Positions 47,594 to 57,874 of a stretch of DNA of 64,000 nt are shown here, one piece after another; position 1 is the first letter of the stretch; every line of letters starts with the position of its first letter. The stretch comes from an uncultured delta proteobacterium. Its GTDB lineage: Bacteria > Desulfobacterota > Binatia > UBA9968. The notes under the pieces were generated by a model. That model had not been told where the DNA came from and made no database searches. It was given only the letters and a program-made list of their open reading frames with translations. The stretch is from NCBI GenBank assembly GCA_963804165.1, contig CAWDPO010000008.1:61067-125066 (forward strand). The letters run 5' to 3'. The position numbers and the translations under genes were made by a program.

Positions 47594-47960
47594 CGCATAT
47601 TGTTTCAGATGCACTTATTGTGTCATTCCGAGGCGAAGCCGAGGAACCTCTGTCGAAAGGTAAGATCCTCCGAGTCCGCGGGCCTGCGTGAAAACACCGT
47701 TCATGGTTCCCTTCGTTATTGAGCTCCGGGCAGGCTGGCTCACCACGAACGGTGCGGTTTCGTTCAAAATAAAGTCTTTAACCGCTCGCCCTGAGACTCG
47801 TCGAAGGGTTCCGATAGAGTTTTCGCCCAGTCTGCCGTTGATGAAAGAGTTTCTGCCGGATGGGTTGAGTGCAGCGAAACCCATCGTTGCACCACTCCAA
47901 TACTCCACCACTCCATTTCTCTTCCCCGGATTGGACAACTTTTCCCGACTGCGATAAGTC
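47594..47960. repeat. non-coding patch composed of several short repeat motifs
   Basis: Contains gtcattccgaggcgaagccgaggaacc, ttaaccgctcgccctgagactcgtcgaaggg, cgaaacccatcg and cactccaatactccaccactcc. Related motifs occur at 54085-54164, 56679-56750 and 61440-61520. Confidence 0.5.
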
Positions 47961-48003
47961 ACAATCGAGTTCGAGAACTGTTCTTTTCTCTCAGGAGGCT
48001 TTC

Positions 48004-50124
48004 GTGTCCAGCATCAACCCCTAGCTCCACTCTTTGAAGCGGATCGTCTCGCCATCATCGGCGCCAGCGAGCGTAATCACTATGCGGTCAATATCTTCAA
48101 GAACTTGCAAAATATCGGTTTCGATACAGGCGAACATCGTGCCGATCAATCCGGGACGCCCCGAAGTCTTCGGCTTGAAAGCCTATCCCAGCATCGTCGA
48201 CGTTCCTGGAGAAATCGCGCTCGCAGTCATCGCAGTCAATACGCAAACCGTGCTTTCCGTCGTCGAAGACGTCGGTAAGAAAGGCGTCAAGGCCGGTGTC
48301 ATCTTCGCCGACGGCTTTGCCGAAGGCGGCGACGCTGGTAAAAAACTGCAGCAGGAAGTCACCGCTGCAGCCAAGGCGGCGAATTTGAAACTGCTCGGCC
48401 CCAACTGCATGGGTTTCGTCTCCCTGCGCGCTAAGTTGGGAATCTGGGGCGGCGAGCTGCCGAAAAATATCCGCGCCGGCAACATTGGCTGCATTTTTCA
48501 AAGCAGCGGCATGATGAATCTGCTGATGAACTTCGGCGTCAAGCGCGGCTTGGGTTTTCACGTCTGCGCCAGCGGCGGCAACGAAATCGTGCTCAACTCC
48601 GCCGACTATCTCGCCTATCAAGCCGAGTGCCCCGAGATCGACGTCATCGCGACTTATTTCGAAGCCGCGCCGAAAGAACCGCAACGCTTCGCCGAAGCCC
48701 TCGACCGCGCGATCGCCAATGGCAAAAGCGTGCTGATTCTGCGCGCCGGCAGAACTGAGCGCGCCAAGCGCAACGTCATTGCCCACACTGGCCAGCTCGC
48801 CGGCTCCGCCGCCGCATGGGACGCTTTTTTCGAGCAGCACGGCGCGATCATCGTCAACGACCTCGACGATTTGATCGATACGACGGCGCTCTTCGCCGGC
48901 GCCAAGATTCGTCCCGACAAGCACGAGCGCGGCGTCGGCCTGATCACGATTTCCGGCGGCGACTGTACCTTGCTCTGCGATATCGCCGATCAGGAAGGCG
49001 TGCCCGTGCCGGAACTCAGCCCCGAAACGCAACAAATAATGATCGATGCGCTGGATAAGCCGACCTTGCTCGGCAATCCGCTCGACGTCGAAGATCTCCA
49101 ACGCATGAAACCTGAAGCGTTCGATCGCTGTTTGGAGAAGTTTTTCGCGGAGCCAAAGATCGACATGCTCGGCGTGCGATTGAATCTGCCCGAAGCCATC
49201 ACGCCGCCGTCGGAAAAACTCTACCGGCAGATTTCCGACTTGGGCAAAGCAAACGATAAGCGCGTTTTCATCCTCACCCGCGCCACCGAACCGCCGGCGC
49301 AGGCTTGGTACGACAAACTCAACAGCCTTGACCTTACGTTTACCGGCGATTATCGCAAATCCCTGCGAGCCATGAGCCGTTTACGGAAAAGCGAGGGCGA
49401 CCGCGCCGTCGGCCGCTTTCTGCCCGTGACACGCTCCTGCGCAGCGCCGTCGCGACGACCACTCGGCGGCGGGGTGTTGTCTCACCATGCAACCAATGAG
49501 CTATTGCAGGCCTATGGAATTGTCGTGGCACCCGACGTTCTCACGCGTTCGGTGAGCGAAGCCGTCGCCGCCGCCGATAAGCTCGGTTATCCTTGTGTGC
49601 TCAAAGTCGCCTCCGTCGACATCCCGCACAAAACCGAGCTCGGCGCGCTCCGCCTCGGTTTGGCTGATCGGGTGGCGATAGGAACCGCCTACGAAGAGAT
49701 GCTCGCGAATGTTAAAAACAAGAAGCCGAATGCGAACATAGAAGGCGTTCTCGTTCAGCGGCAGATCAAAGGTGTCGAATGTCTGCTCGGTATCTCGCGC
49801 GACGAGCAGCTCGGGCCGACTTTGGTCATGGGCCTTGGCGGCGTCTTCGTCGAAATTCTCGCCGACGTGGCGATTCGCATCCCGCCGATCAGCGCCAACG
49901 AAGCGCGCCGCGCTCTTCAAAGCTTGAAAGGCGCGAAAGTATTTGCCGGCGCCCGCGGCGCCCCGCCCGCCGATATCGACGCTCTCGCCGACATGGCCGC
50001 GCGCCTGTCATGGCTTGCCTTCGATTTGCGCGACGACATCGCCGAATTGGATTTGAATCCGGTCGTCGCTCTGCCGCAGGGGCAAGGCGCCTTCGCGGTG
50101 GACGCACTGGTGGTGGGGCGTTAA
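48004..50124 (+). pseudogene. ADP-forming acyl-CoA synthetase (acetate--CoA ligase family: CoA-binding + ligase-CoA + ATP-grasp), two frame breaks near the 5' end
   Basis: AGGAGG-5 nt-GTG at 48004 gives VSSIN. A deletion in a C-run (~48021) is followed by PLAPLFEADRLAIIGASERNHYAVNIFKNLQNIGFDTG, and an extra nt at 48132 joins NIVPINPGRPEVFGLKAYPS of ORF 48034-50124. Confidence 0.8.
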
Positions 50125-50254
50125 CTCTGTTTGCTGCGCCACAGAGACTAATGGCGATTGAGCGTTAGAGGCTGCGGAGCTGGCGAGCCATGGACTTGAA
50201 ATAGAGGCAATCGTTGATCAGATGTTAGTGTGATTCGCTGAGGCAGTAACACAC

Positions 50255-50662
50255 ATGTCCGAGAAAACCGAAGTCCCTACCGAACCGGCACCGTCGCTCG
50301 TCACCGTTACCCACTTCGTGTATGCCTTGCACACTCTGAGCCTTCTCATCGGCATAACGACCGCTGCGACAATCATCGGTGCCTTCGTTTTTGGTGTGCC
50401 CTCGATCATTGCCGTCGTCATCAACTACCTGAAGAGAGGAGAAGCGAGAGGGACCTTTCTCGAGTCACACTTTCGCTGGCAGATTCGGACGTTTTGGTTT
50501 GCGCTGCTCTGGTGTCTGATCGGCGGGTTTTTCTTCGCAACTTTTATAGGCATTCCGCTCGCAATGATGGTTTTCATCGCGGCCGGCGCGTGGGTCATCT
50601 ACCGGATCGCTCGCGGCTGGCTGGCGCTGCGAGATGGAAAGCCGATGTATGCGAACGGATGA
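50255..50662 (+). CDS. small integral membrane protein (COG3671/DUF4870-like)
   Basis: 135 aa with 3-4 predicted TM segments. The VTHFVYALHTLSLLIG start resembles that family. Confidence 0.5.
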   Translation: MSEKTEVPTEPAPSLVTVTHFVYALHTLSLLIGITTAATIIGAFVFGVPSIIAVVINYLKRGEARGTFLESHFRWQIRTFWFALLWCLIGGFFFATFIGIPLAMMVFIAAGAWVIYRIARGWLALRDGKPMYANG

Positions 50663-50869
50663 CTACCGACCCACCCTTATCCCGCGAAGGAGATCCATTT
50701 GCGAGTCGCATTTTAGATCACAACTTCTGCAATTCCGCGCGCACCTCCGGATTCGTCGACCCGCCGCCCTTGCACTTAGCAATCGCAACACGGAAGTAAA
50801 GACGCGGCCCCGCGCTGATTTCCGACGCATTGATCTCGACATCGCGCGTTCGTCGGGCATAGACATTTC

Positions 50870-51676
50870 ATGATGCCAACCTCGCTCATTCCATTGACAG
50901 CTGCTTTCCTTTCGACGTTTTTCGTCTTTCATCTGCTGACACTTTCGTCGGCTTTTTCTTGGTTCGACAAAGGCCATCGGATCGTCGGCTTGATCGCCCA
51001 GGCAAATCTCACCGCCGAGGCGCGCACGGAGATTGAAAAGATCCTTCCCGGCAGCATGACGCTGGCGGACGCCGCGATTTGGCCGGACCATGAGGGGCGA
51101 AGCATACGAGATTTCGATCCCCTCCACTACGTCATCATTCCGGAGAATGCCGATGGCTACGATCAAGCGCGCGACTGCCCGGAGCGAAACTGCATGGTCG
51201 AAGCTCTCAAATGGTTTTTAGCGGTGGTCGCAGATAGGAATGCGCCGATCATGACGAGGAGACTCGCGCTACACTACGTCGCCCACTTGGTAGGTGACAT
51301 GCACCAGCCGCTTCATGCCGGTCGAGCCAAGGATGCCGGCGGCACCGGTATTCGCATAGCTTACAGAGGACAGACAACGAATCTCCACTTTTTTTGGGAC
51401 ACAAACCTGGTGGAAATGGAAACAGGCAACGACGAAGAAGTCGCCAAGCGGCTTACCGCGAACCTCACGGAAGAAGAGCGCCTCAAATGGCAATCGGGTG
51501 ATCCCACACAGTGGACTAATGAATCGCTAATGTTGGTGCGGTCGCACGCCTACGAGACTGGATCGTCGGTCGAGCTCACCGACGAATATGTGGAGAAGGC
51601 CCGCCCAATTGTTCGAACCAGACTTGCTCAGGCGGGGATCAGATTAGCATGGTTGCTGAACATCGCTTTGAAATAA
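50870..51676 (+). CDS. S1/P1-type nuclease, secreted
   Basis: The mature N-terminus WFDKGHRIV has the Trp zinc ligand. HYVAHLVGDMHQPLH and HFFWD motifs are present, with a signal peptide. Confidence 0.8.
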   Translation: MMPTSLIPLTAAFLSTFFVFHLLTLSSAFSWFDKGHRIVGLIAQANLTAEARTEIEKILPGSMTLADAAIWPDHEGRSIRDFDPLHYVIIPENADGYDQARDCPERNCMVEALKWFLAVVADRNAPIMTRRLALHYVAHLVGDMHQPLHAGRAKDAGGTGIRIAYRGQTTNLHFFWDTNLVEMETGNDEEVAKRLTANLTEEERLKWQSGDPTQWTNESLMLVRSHAYETGSSVELTDEYVEKARPIVRTRLAQAGIRLAWLLNIALK

Positions 51677-51834
51677 GCAAAAGCGCGCGGAGTACCGACT
51701 CCGGCCTGACTCTCCACCCTTCACTTGGAATCAGCCATGGCTATCATGATAATCTTTCTTTAGAAATCCAGGCTGTTACGCTGCCAGCAGCACCTCATAG
51801 TATTGGGTGACTCTGAGACATCGAGGCAACGATT

Positions 51835-52104
51835 ATGTGTAGAAACATTAAAACGCTTTTCAACTTCCAACCGCCCGTGAGCGAGGAAGAGATTCGCGCG
51901 GCCTCATTACAATTCGTGAGAAAAGTCAGCGGCTTCAACAAGCCGTCGAAAGCCAACGAAGCTGCGTTCCTCGCCGCCATTGACGAAATAGCGGTGATCT
52001 CCGGTAGGCTTCTGCGGTCCCTCGAGACCAACGCGCCGCCGAGGAACCGCACAGAAGAAGCTGCCAAGGCGCAGGCACGCGCTGTTCAGAGATTCCCTAA
52101 GTAA
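51835..52104 (+). CDS. DUF2277 family protein
   Basis: MCRNIKTLFNFQPPVSEEEIRAASLQFVRKVSGFNKPSKANE matches the characteristic DUF2277 N-terminus. Confidence 0.75.
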   Translation: MCRNIKTLFNFQPPVSEEEIRAASLQFVRKVSGFNKPSKANEAAFLAAIDEIAVISGRLLRSLETNAPPRNRTEEAAKAQARAVQRFPK

Positions 52105-52154
52105 TTGCTCAAGGAAGGCGGTCAGGTCGCACGCGTACAACAGCGGACCATCGG

Positions 52155-52260
52155 TGGACTCTCCGACGATTATGTCGAGAAACTCCGCTCGATTGTCCGA
52201 CGAAGACTTGCACAGGCTGGCATTAAGTTAGCCGGATTGCTGAATAACGTGTTGAAATAA
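52155..52260 (+). pseudogene. relic 3' end of a second S1/P1 nuclease gene
   Basis: Translates to ..LSDDYVEKLRSIVRRRLAQAGIKLAGLLNNVLK*, colinear with the end of 50870-51676 (LTDEYVEKARPIVRTRLAQAGIRLAWLLNIALK*). No upstream body is present. Confidence 0.55.
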
Positions 52261-52532
52261 CGATAGACCCGCCGAGTACGAGACGCGCGCCCTTGATCAC
52301 AATTCCCCTCAAGAATCGGGCGCCGGTAGAATCCAGACTCGGGCCAGACCGCGTTTCGCGTCCTCCGGCACGCTGTCCAGTCTAAGACGATTCACAATCT
52401 GTTTCGCCAAACGTCTAACGACTTGGCGCTTGACGCTGCATGGGGGAGTTTCAGACGGCTCTCATTCAAAAGCCCCCTCGTCCCTCGCCGCATACGAGGA
52501 TACGGTTAACTCCTCGCCAAGGAGGAAGGGTC

Positions 52533-53321
52533 ATGATCGGAGAATCCACCGCGCAGACGCGGCTTTGCCCATACTGTGCCAACAGCATCGCGGAGGATGC
52601 CGCGGATTGTCCTTATTGCAAGGCCGATTTCTCTTCGCAAATTGCCCCCAAATGGCTCAGGCGCGGCGAACCATCGTCCGAACCAAGAATTGGCTCGGAT
52701 AATCACAAGAGATCCTCAATCCCTGCAAAGTTTATCTGGCCGGCCGCCTTGCTCGTTCTGGCTTTGATTGCCTTTTTTGCCGGCGGGTACATACAACGCA
52801 GCGAGCTATTGCTGTCGTCGCAGGCCAACCTAAAGCGGCTCCAAGCAAAGGATCAAATGATTCAAAGTCAGGAAGCGCAACTTGCTCAAACGCGGCAACA
52901 ACTGAACGAGAACGCCAATCAACTCGCCGAAATGAAGACTAAACTCGAGGCAAGCCAGAAAGAACTTTCGCTAACACAGCAGCGGCTAACTGTCGCCACG
53001 CGTCCAGTAGATCGTCCGAACGCGAGCCGGTCTCCGGCTGTCATGAGAACTGCATCGCGCGCACCGGATACGACTGCGTCACTTCCTCAGCCGGTGGCGG
53101 CAAGACGCACAGCGGCACCGGGAGTCTACGAGACAACCAAGGCGACGTCGGTATATGAAAATCCGTCATCGGCTTCGCACGTCATTTCGCAAGTCGACAG
53201 AGGAACCAGGATCAACGTCGTAGGTTCTAACGGCGGTTGGTTGGAAGTGCGGTCGAAGCGCGGCAATCCTCCGGGATATGTACGCTCCGATGATGCGCGG
53301 CAGATCGGCGGAGCGAGCTGA
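52533..53321 (+). CDS. zinc-ribbon / single-TM / coiled-coil / SH3b-domain protein
   Basis: AGGAGG RBS before the ATG at 52533. CPYC..CPYC ribbon, TM FIWPAALLVLALIAFFAGGY, a coiled-coil segment, and a C-terminal SH3-like VYENPSSASHVISQVDRGTRINVVGSNGGWLEV. Confidence 0.65.
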   Translation: MIGESTAQTRLCPYCANSIAEDAADCPYCKADFSSQIAPKWLRRGEPSSEPRIGSDNHKRSSIPAKFIWPAALLVLALIAFFAGGYIQRSELLLSSQANLKRLQAKDQMIQSQEAQLAQTRQQLNENANQLAEMKTKLEASQKELSLTQQRLTVATRPVDRPNASRSPAVMRTASRAPDTTASLPQPVAARRTAAPGVYETTKATSVYENPSSASHVISQVDRGTRINVVGSNGGWLEVRSKRGNPPGYVRSDDARQIGGAS

Positions 53322-53488
53322 GAAACGCCCCCCGGCGCCCGAGCTGCAAATCGATTTTTTCCGTCGGTGATCGGCAATGCCTCGAGACGTTGGTTTTTCA
53401 CGCGACGATTCTGGTCTCGCGAGTTGTCAAAGTGCGCAGCTTAATTAGGCTCTGCGGTTCGCCGCAGGCGAATCCGGACCGGCGCTGA

Positions 53489-53950
53489 TTAGCTGCGCTG
53501 CGATTCCATTACCTGTTTTAGGTTTTGCAATACCTCCCCCCAAGCCAACTTGTTGGATTCAAAAAATTCACTCCGTTCATCATAGCGGTCTTGGGAAAAA
53601 TCCAACGTCGTGGCGCGGACCTGATCGGGATTGGCGCCGGACGACACGACGTTATCGCGCTCGACGATCTCGAAAATGAAGTGTGTACCCGTCCAGGCGG
53701 AAGCCGGGCTGCTCTTGGGATGGGTACTGATGCACTCCCATTCAACCCGCTTGTTCGGCACCTGTTCGACCACTCTCAATTTCACCACTCCGTGCTCCGG
53801 ACCCGGATTGTGTTCCAAGACCAGGCCGCGATCGGTTTGGGTGGCCGTTTGTTTGTCCCACCAAGTGCTGATTCCGTCCGCCGTCGAAAGCGCTTCATAC
53901 ACTTTCGCCACCGGCGCGTTGATCAAAACCTGATGACGGATGGTTGCCAT
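53489..53950 (-). CDS. SRPBCC (AHSA1/START-like) family protein
   Basis: AGGAGG RBS before the ATG at 53950. IRHQVLINAPVAKVYEALSTADGISTWW is typical of the family. Confidence 0.75.
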   Translation of the reverse strand: MATIRHQVLINAPVAKVYEALSTADGISTWWDKQTATQTDRGLVLEHNPGPEHGVVKLRVVEQVPNKRVEWECISTHPKSSPASAWTGTHFIFEIVERDNVVSSGANPDQVRATTLDFSQDRYDERSEFFESNKLAWGEVLQNLKQVMESQRS

Positions 53951-54084
53951 AATGACCCTCCTAAAACCGCTCTCTAGAACTTCATAACTTTTATGTAGCT
54001 GGTTCAAGACGGGGCGCCTCGGAGGCGGCAGGCCGCTGAAAAAGATTCATAGGCTTCGTTACACTCAATCGCCTCATCGGGACT

Positions 54085-54164
54085 GGAGTAATGGCATGAC
54101 GGAGTGGTGGAGTGATGGGTTTGAGACCCAATACTCCAATATTCCATTACTCCAACACTCCATT
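54085..54164. repeat. inverted ACTCCA-type repeat element
   Basis: GGAGTAATGG..GGAGTGGTGGAGTGATGGGTTTGAGACCCAATACTCCAATATTCCATTACTCCAACACTCC. Same motif family as 47868-47917, in opposite orientation. Confidence 0.55.
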
Positions 54165-54321
54165 TTGTCCTCGCGCCTCGCCTCTAGGATCTTTTTGAAT
54201 GTCCAAGCCAGCCCCCTTAAACCCTAAAAATTTCCCTCGACATAGAAAATTGGCTTTTATAATGTGGCCGTGACCGGTTTCGGCGCCTGCCCGGTATTTT
54301 GTTTCCAGGAGGGACTGAACA

Positions 54322-55302
54322 ATGAAAAGAATCATCCTGCCGATGATCTCGTCGCTGCTGATCGGTGTGTTGCTGCTTCCCGGCCAATCGGCATTCGCCC
54401 TCGATAAAATCAACGTCACTCTGCCATCCAAGTCGTTTCAATTCATCATCTTTCCGCTCGCCAAGGAGCGCGGTTACATGAAGGAGGAAGGGATCGATCT
54501 CAATATCGTCGTTATGGCCTCCACCACCGGCCTGCAAGCCGTGCTCGCGGGAGAAATGGATTTCACCGGTTCCGGCAGCAGCGCCCTGGTCGCCGTCACT
54601 CAAGGCAACGCGCCGCTCAAAACCGTGTTGGCCGTCAACGATCAGGTGCTACAGTGGTTGATGGTCCGGCCCCAGTACAGCACTTTCAAAGATCTCAAGA
54701 ATAAAAAAATCGCTGTCACCGGCATCGCCGCGGTGGCGACGTTCATGTTGAAAAAAGTTGCGCCAAAGTACGGCCTCGACGCCAACAAGGATTTGACGTT
54801 TCTCGCGCTGCCGCCGGGCCAGCGTCTTGCGGCGCTACAGTCGGGGGTCGTGGATGCCGGGCTATTGAGTTCGGAGGAACGCTTTGCCGCCCTCGATCAA
54901 GGCATGAAAGAGATCTTGTATCTGGGCAAAGAAGTGAAAAATTCCTGGGGCACGGTGGCGACCAACGACCAATTCATCAAAGCTAAACCCAAGTTGATGC
55001 ATGGATTCATGCGCGCCCTGCTCAAATCCCTGCGGCTGGTCAAGCAGAACCGCGAGGTTGCGATGGATACCATGATGAAATTTTCCGAGTTAGACAGAGA
55101 ATTGGCGGCGCGTACTTACGACGGCATGATCAAAACTTTTACGACCAACGGCGTGGTCGACGAAGAAACGCAGAAAAACGATCTCGACATTGTTCGCGAA
55201 GTTCTCAAAGTCACCAAGGAAGTGCCCATCGAGCGCGCCTACGATTTCAGCTTTGCAAAGAAAGCCGACAGCGAGCTGACCCAAGCGGGCTGGAAACCGT
55301 AG
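54322..55302 (+). CDS. ABC-type substrate-binding protein, NMT1/THI5 family
   Basis: Signal peptide and a fold-typical sequence. Paralogous to 13196-14131. Confidence 0.8.
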   Translation: MKRIILPMISSLLIGVLLLPGQSAFALDKINVTLPSKSFQFIIFPLAKERGYMKEEGIDLNIVVMASTTGLQAVLAGEMDFTGSGSSALVAVTQGNAPLKTVLAVNDQVLQWLMVRPQYSTFKDLKNKKIAVTGIAAVATFMLKKVAPKYGLDANKDLTFLALPPGQRLAALQSGVVDAGLLSSEERFAALDQGMKEILYLGKEVKNSWGTVATNDQFIKAKPKLMHGFMRALLKSLRLVKQNREVAMDTMMKFSELDRELAARTYDGMIKTFTTNGVVDEETQKNDLDIVREVLKVTKEVPIERAYDFSFAKKADSELTQAGWKP

Positions 55303-55361
55303 AGACTTCACGAAGACGATTGTCTAATCTCCTTGCAATATACGGTAGCGGATACATAACT

Positions 55362-56528
55362 ATGAAGCGCAGCACGGAAAAAATTCTCACGACCCACGTC
55401 GGCAGCCTGATCCGCCCGGTGGAAATTATCGATGCCATGCGAGCCAGGGTAAACAAAGAGCCCTACGACCGGGAAAGCTTGGCCGAGAGTTTGCGCAAAG
55501 GTGTAACGGAGGTCGTGCGCAGGCAGGCCGAAGTTGGCATCGACGTCGTCAGCGATGGAGAGTTTGGCAAGTCGGGGTTTGCAGCTTATATCAATGAACG
55601 GCTTGGCGGATTTGAACGCCGGCCGGGCAATCCCGGCGAGTCCGGCGTATCGCGGGGCAAGGATCGCAGGGACTTCGCCGACTTCTATCGAGAGTATGAC
55701 CGCCTTACGCAATCCCACCGTCCGGCGAGCGCGAAATGGGTGTGCACCGGACCGATCACCTACGATCCGACACTGCTACAGATCGATATCGCCAATTTCA
55801 CGGCGGCACTCGCTGGCGTAGACGTGGCAGAAGCGTTCATGCCGGTGGCCGCGCCCATTACCGTGGAGACGGACCGCCGCAACGAGTACTACCCAAGTCA
55901 GGAAGCCTACCTTTACGCCATCGCGGATGCGCTGAAACAAGAGTACAAAGCGATTGTCGACGCGGGCTTTCTGGTCCAGCTGGACGATCCATGGATTACC
56001 GCGCGCTGGGACCAGTTGCTGCCCAACGTCGATCTGAAGGAATTCCAGAAATTTTGTGAAACGCGGATCGAAGCGACTAACTACGCGCTCGCTGACATTC
56101 CGCGGGATCGCATCCGCTACCACATTTGCTGGGGCAGTTGGCATGGGCCGCACAGCACGGATATCCCGATCAAGCATATCCAGTCACTATTTCTGAAGGT
56201 CAAGGCTGGTGCCTATCTGTTCGAAGCGGCCAACGTGCGCCATGAGCACGAATGGCAGGTGTGGCGGGACATCAAGCCGCCGGAGGGAACGGTGCTCATT
56301 CCCGGCGTCGTCACCCATGCGACCAACTTGATCGAGCATCCCGAGCTGGTGGCGCAGCGCATCGTGCGGCTTGCCAAACTCGTCGGGCGCGAAAACGTCC
56401 TTGCCGGCACCGACTGCGGCTTTTCCCAAGGCCCCTTCAGCGCCAAGGTCCATCCATCGATCCAGTGGGCGAAGCTCAAGGCGTTGGTGGAGGGGGCGGA
56501 ACTAGCGAGCAAGAAGCTATGGCCGTAA
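55362..56528 (+). CDS. cobalamin-independent methionine synthase II (MetE C-terminal-like, COG0620) family protein
   Basis: ILTTHVGSLIRP start. HICWG and DCGF metal-ligand contexts. Confidence 0.75.
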   Translation: MKRSTEKILTTHVGSLIRPVEIIDAMRARVNKEPYDRESLAESLRKGVTEVVRRQAEVGIDVVSDGEFGKSGFAAYINERLGGFERRPGNPGESGVSRGKDRRDFADFYREYDRLTQSHRPASAKWVCTGPITYDPTLLQIDIANFTAALAGVDVAEAFMPVAAPITVETDRRNEYYPSQEAYLYAIADALKQEYKAIVDAGFLVQLDDPWITARWDQLLPNVDLKEFQKFCETRIEATNYALADIPRDRIRYHICWGSWHGPHSTDIPIKHIQSLFLKVKAGAYLFEAANVRHEHEWQVWRDIKPPEGTVLIPGVVTHATNLIEHPELVAQRIVRLAKLVGRENVLAGTDCGFSQGPFSAKVHPSIQWAKLKALVEGAELASKKLWP

Positions 56529-56678
56529 GGCCGTGCCGCGGCGCCGCCGGTGATGTCTTGCACGGGGTGGATGCGCGTGAAGGAATACCGAATTGAATGC
56601 TAAGATTGCTATACCCGCCCTAAATTATGTTTTCCATGAGCTACGGTAGAGAAATTAAGTTCGCCACATAAGTAGAAC

Positions 56679-56750
56679 GTCATTCCGGGCAACCCCCGCG
56701 AAGGCCCGGGGCGACCCGGAATCCACCTTCTCGTTTTCACGGGAATGACG
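56679..56750. repeat. palindromic GTCATTCC...GGAATGAC REP-like element
   Basis: GTCATTCCGGGCAACCCCCGCGAAGGCCCGGGGCGACCCGGAATCCACC..CACGGGAATGACG. The outer 8-bp arms and inner CCGGG/CCCGG arms pair. Confidence 0.65.
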
Positions 56751-56851
56751 ACTGAAACACCTATGACTTTTGCAAGGAATTTCTGATACAGGACACGAGT
56801 AGCGCTGTTCCTTTATCGGCAACGGTTGCGAAAATTTGAGAGGAGAATTCG

Positions 56852-57634
56852 TTGAACTCAATCGCAAAGTATTTTGATTGCCATTTTCATATCATCGACA
56901 AGAACTTTCCCGTCGTGTCCAATCAAGGATTCATGCCCGACGCGTTTACCAGCGAGGATTATTTGGAGCGCTTGAAAGCGGTCGACCTTTGCGGCGGCGC
57001 GGTGGTGTCCGGCTCCTTCCAAGCTTTCGATCAATCGTATCTCTTCCATGCTTTGAAAGTGCTTGGCCCGACCTTTGTCGGAGTCACGCAAGTGCCGCAG
57101 ACCGTCTCGGATCAGGAGTTACGGGAACTCAACAGCGCAGGGGTTCGCGCCGTCCGTTTCAACGTCAAGCGCGGCGGTTCGGAAGAAATCCACCACCTGG
57201 AAAACTTTGCGCGGCGCGTTCATGAATTGGTGGGCTGGCACACCGAGTTGTATGTCGATTCCACCGAGCTGGCCGATCTGTTTGAGACTCTTGTCGCGTT
57301 GCCGGCGGTCAGCATCGACCATCTCGGTCTGTCTAAAGCAGGTTTTCCAACGCTGCTCAAACTTGCGGAAAAAGGTGTGCGGGTGAAGGCCACCGGCTTC
57401 GGACGAGTAGACTTTGATGTGCGCCCCGCGCTGACTGACCTCTATGCGGCCAATCCGCGGGCGCTCATGTTCGGCACCGACCTGCCGTCCACACGCGCAC
57501 CAAGGCCTTATCAAGATGACGATTACACGCTGGTTCTGGGAATATTGGGAGAAGAAAAGGCGGCGAATGTTTTCTACAAAAACGCCATTGAGTTTTATCG
57601 GCCGAAAAGATTGGGTAGGCGCTGGGCTGACTAG
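56852..57634 (+). CDS. amidohydrolase family 2, LigI (2-pyrone-4,6-dicarboxylate hydrolase)-like
   Basis: FDCHFHIID N-terminus and MFGTDLP near the C-terminus. TTG start after GAGAGGAG. Confidence 0.7.
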   Translation: MNSIAKYFDCHFHIIDKNFPVVSNQGFMPDAFTSEDYLERLKAVDLCGGAVVSGSFQAFDQSYLFHALKVLGPTFVGVTQVPQTVSDQELRELNSAGVRAVRFNVKRGGSEEIHHLENFARRVHELVGWHTELYVDSTELADLFETLVALPAVSIDHLGLSKAGFPTLLKLAEKGVRVKATGFGRVDFDVRPALTDLYAANPRALMFGTDLPSTRAPRPYQDDDYTLVLGILGEEKAANVFYKNAIEFYRPKRLGRRWAD

Positions 57635-57874
57635 GTTGGCCGCCTCGGAATCCGATGATGAGCGATAAACTGCGGCTTTATGCATCAAATGCATGCCACA
57701 ATTTGAGCTATAAAAAAGTTTTTCAACAATTCAACGGCTACGCCGTAAGTGATTCTGTCACGAGAGGGTTTTCTAAAACTTACTGAGCCTCTTCTGGACA
57801 GGTATAGTTATTTCGATCGATATCGGGAAGAATGATAGCGGCGGATTCATCCCCCTGACCAAGGAAGTCACACG

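Noticed and set aside
48097-49101. 334-aa antisense ORF opposite the acyl-CoA synthetase gene.
   Set aside because: Same reasoning. The sense frame has clear CoA-binding and ATP-grasp homology.
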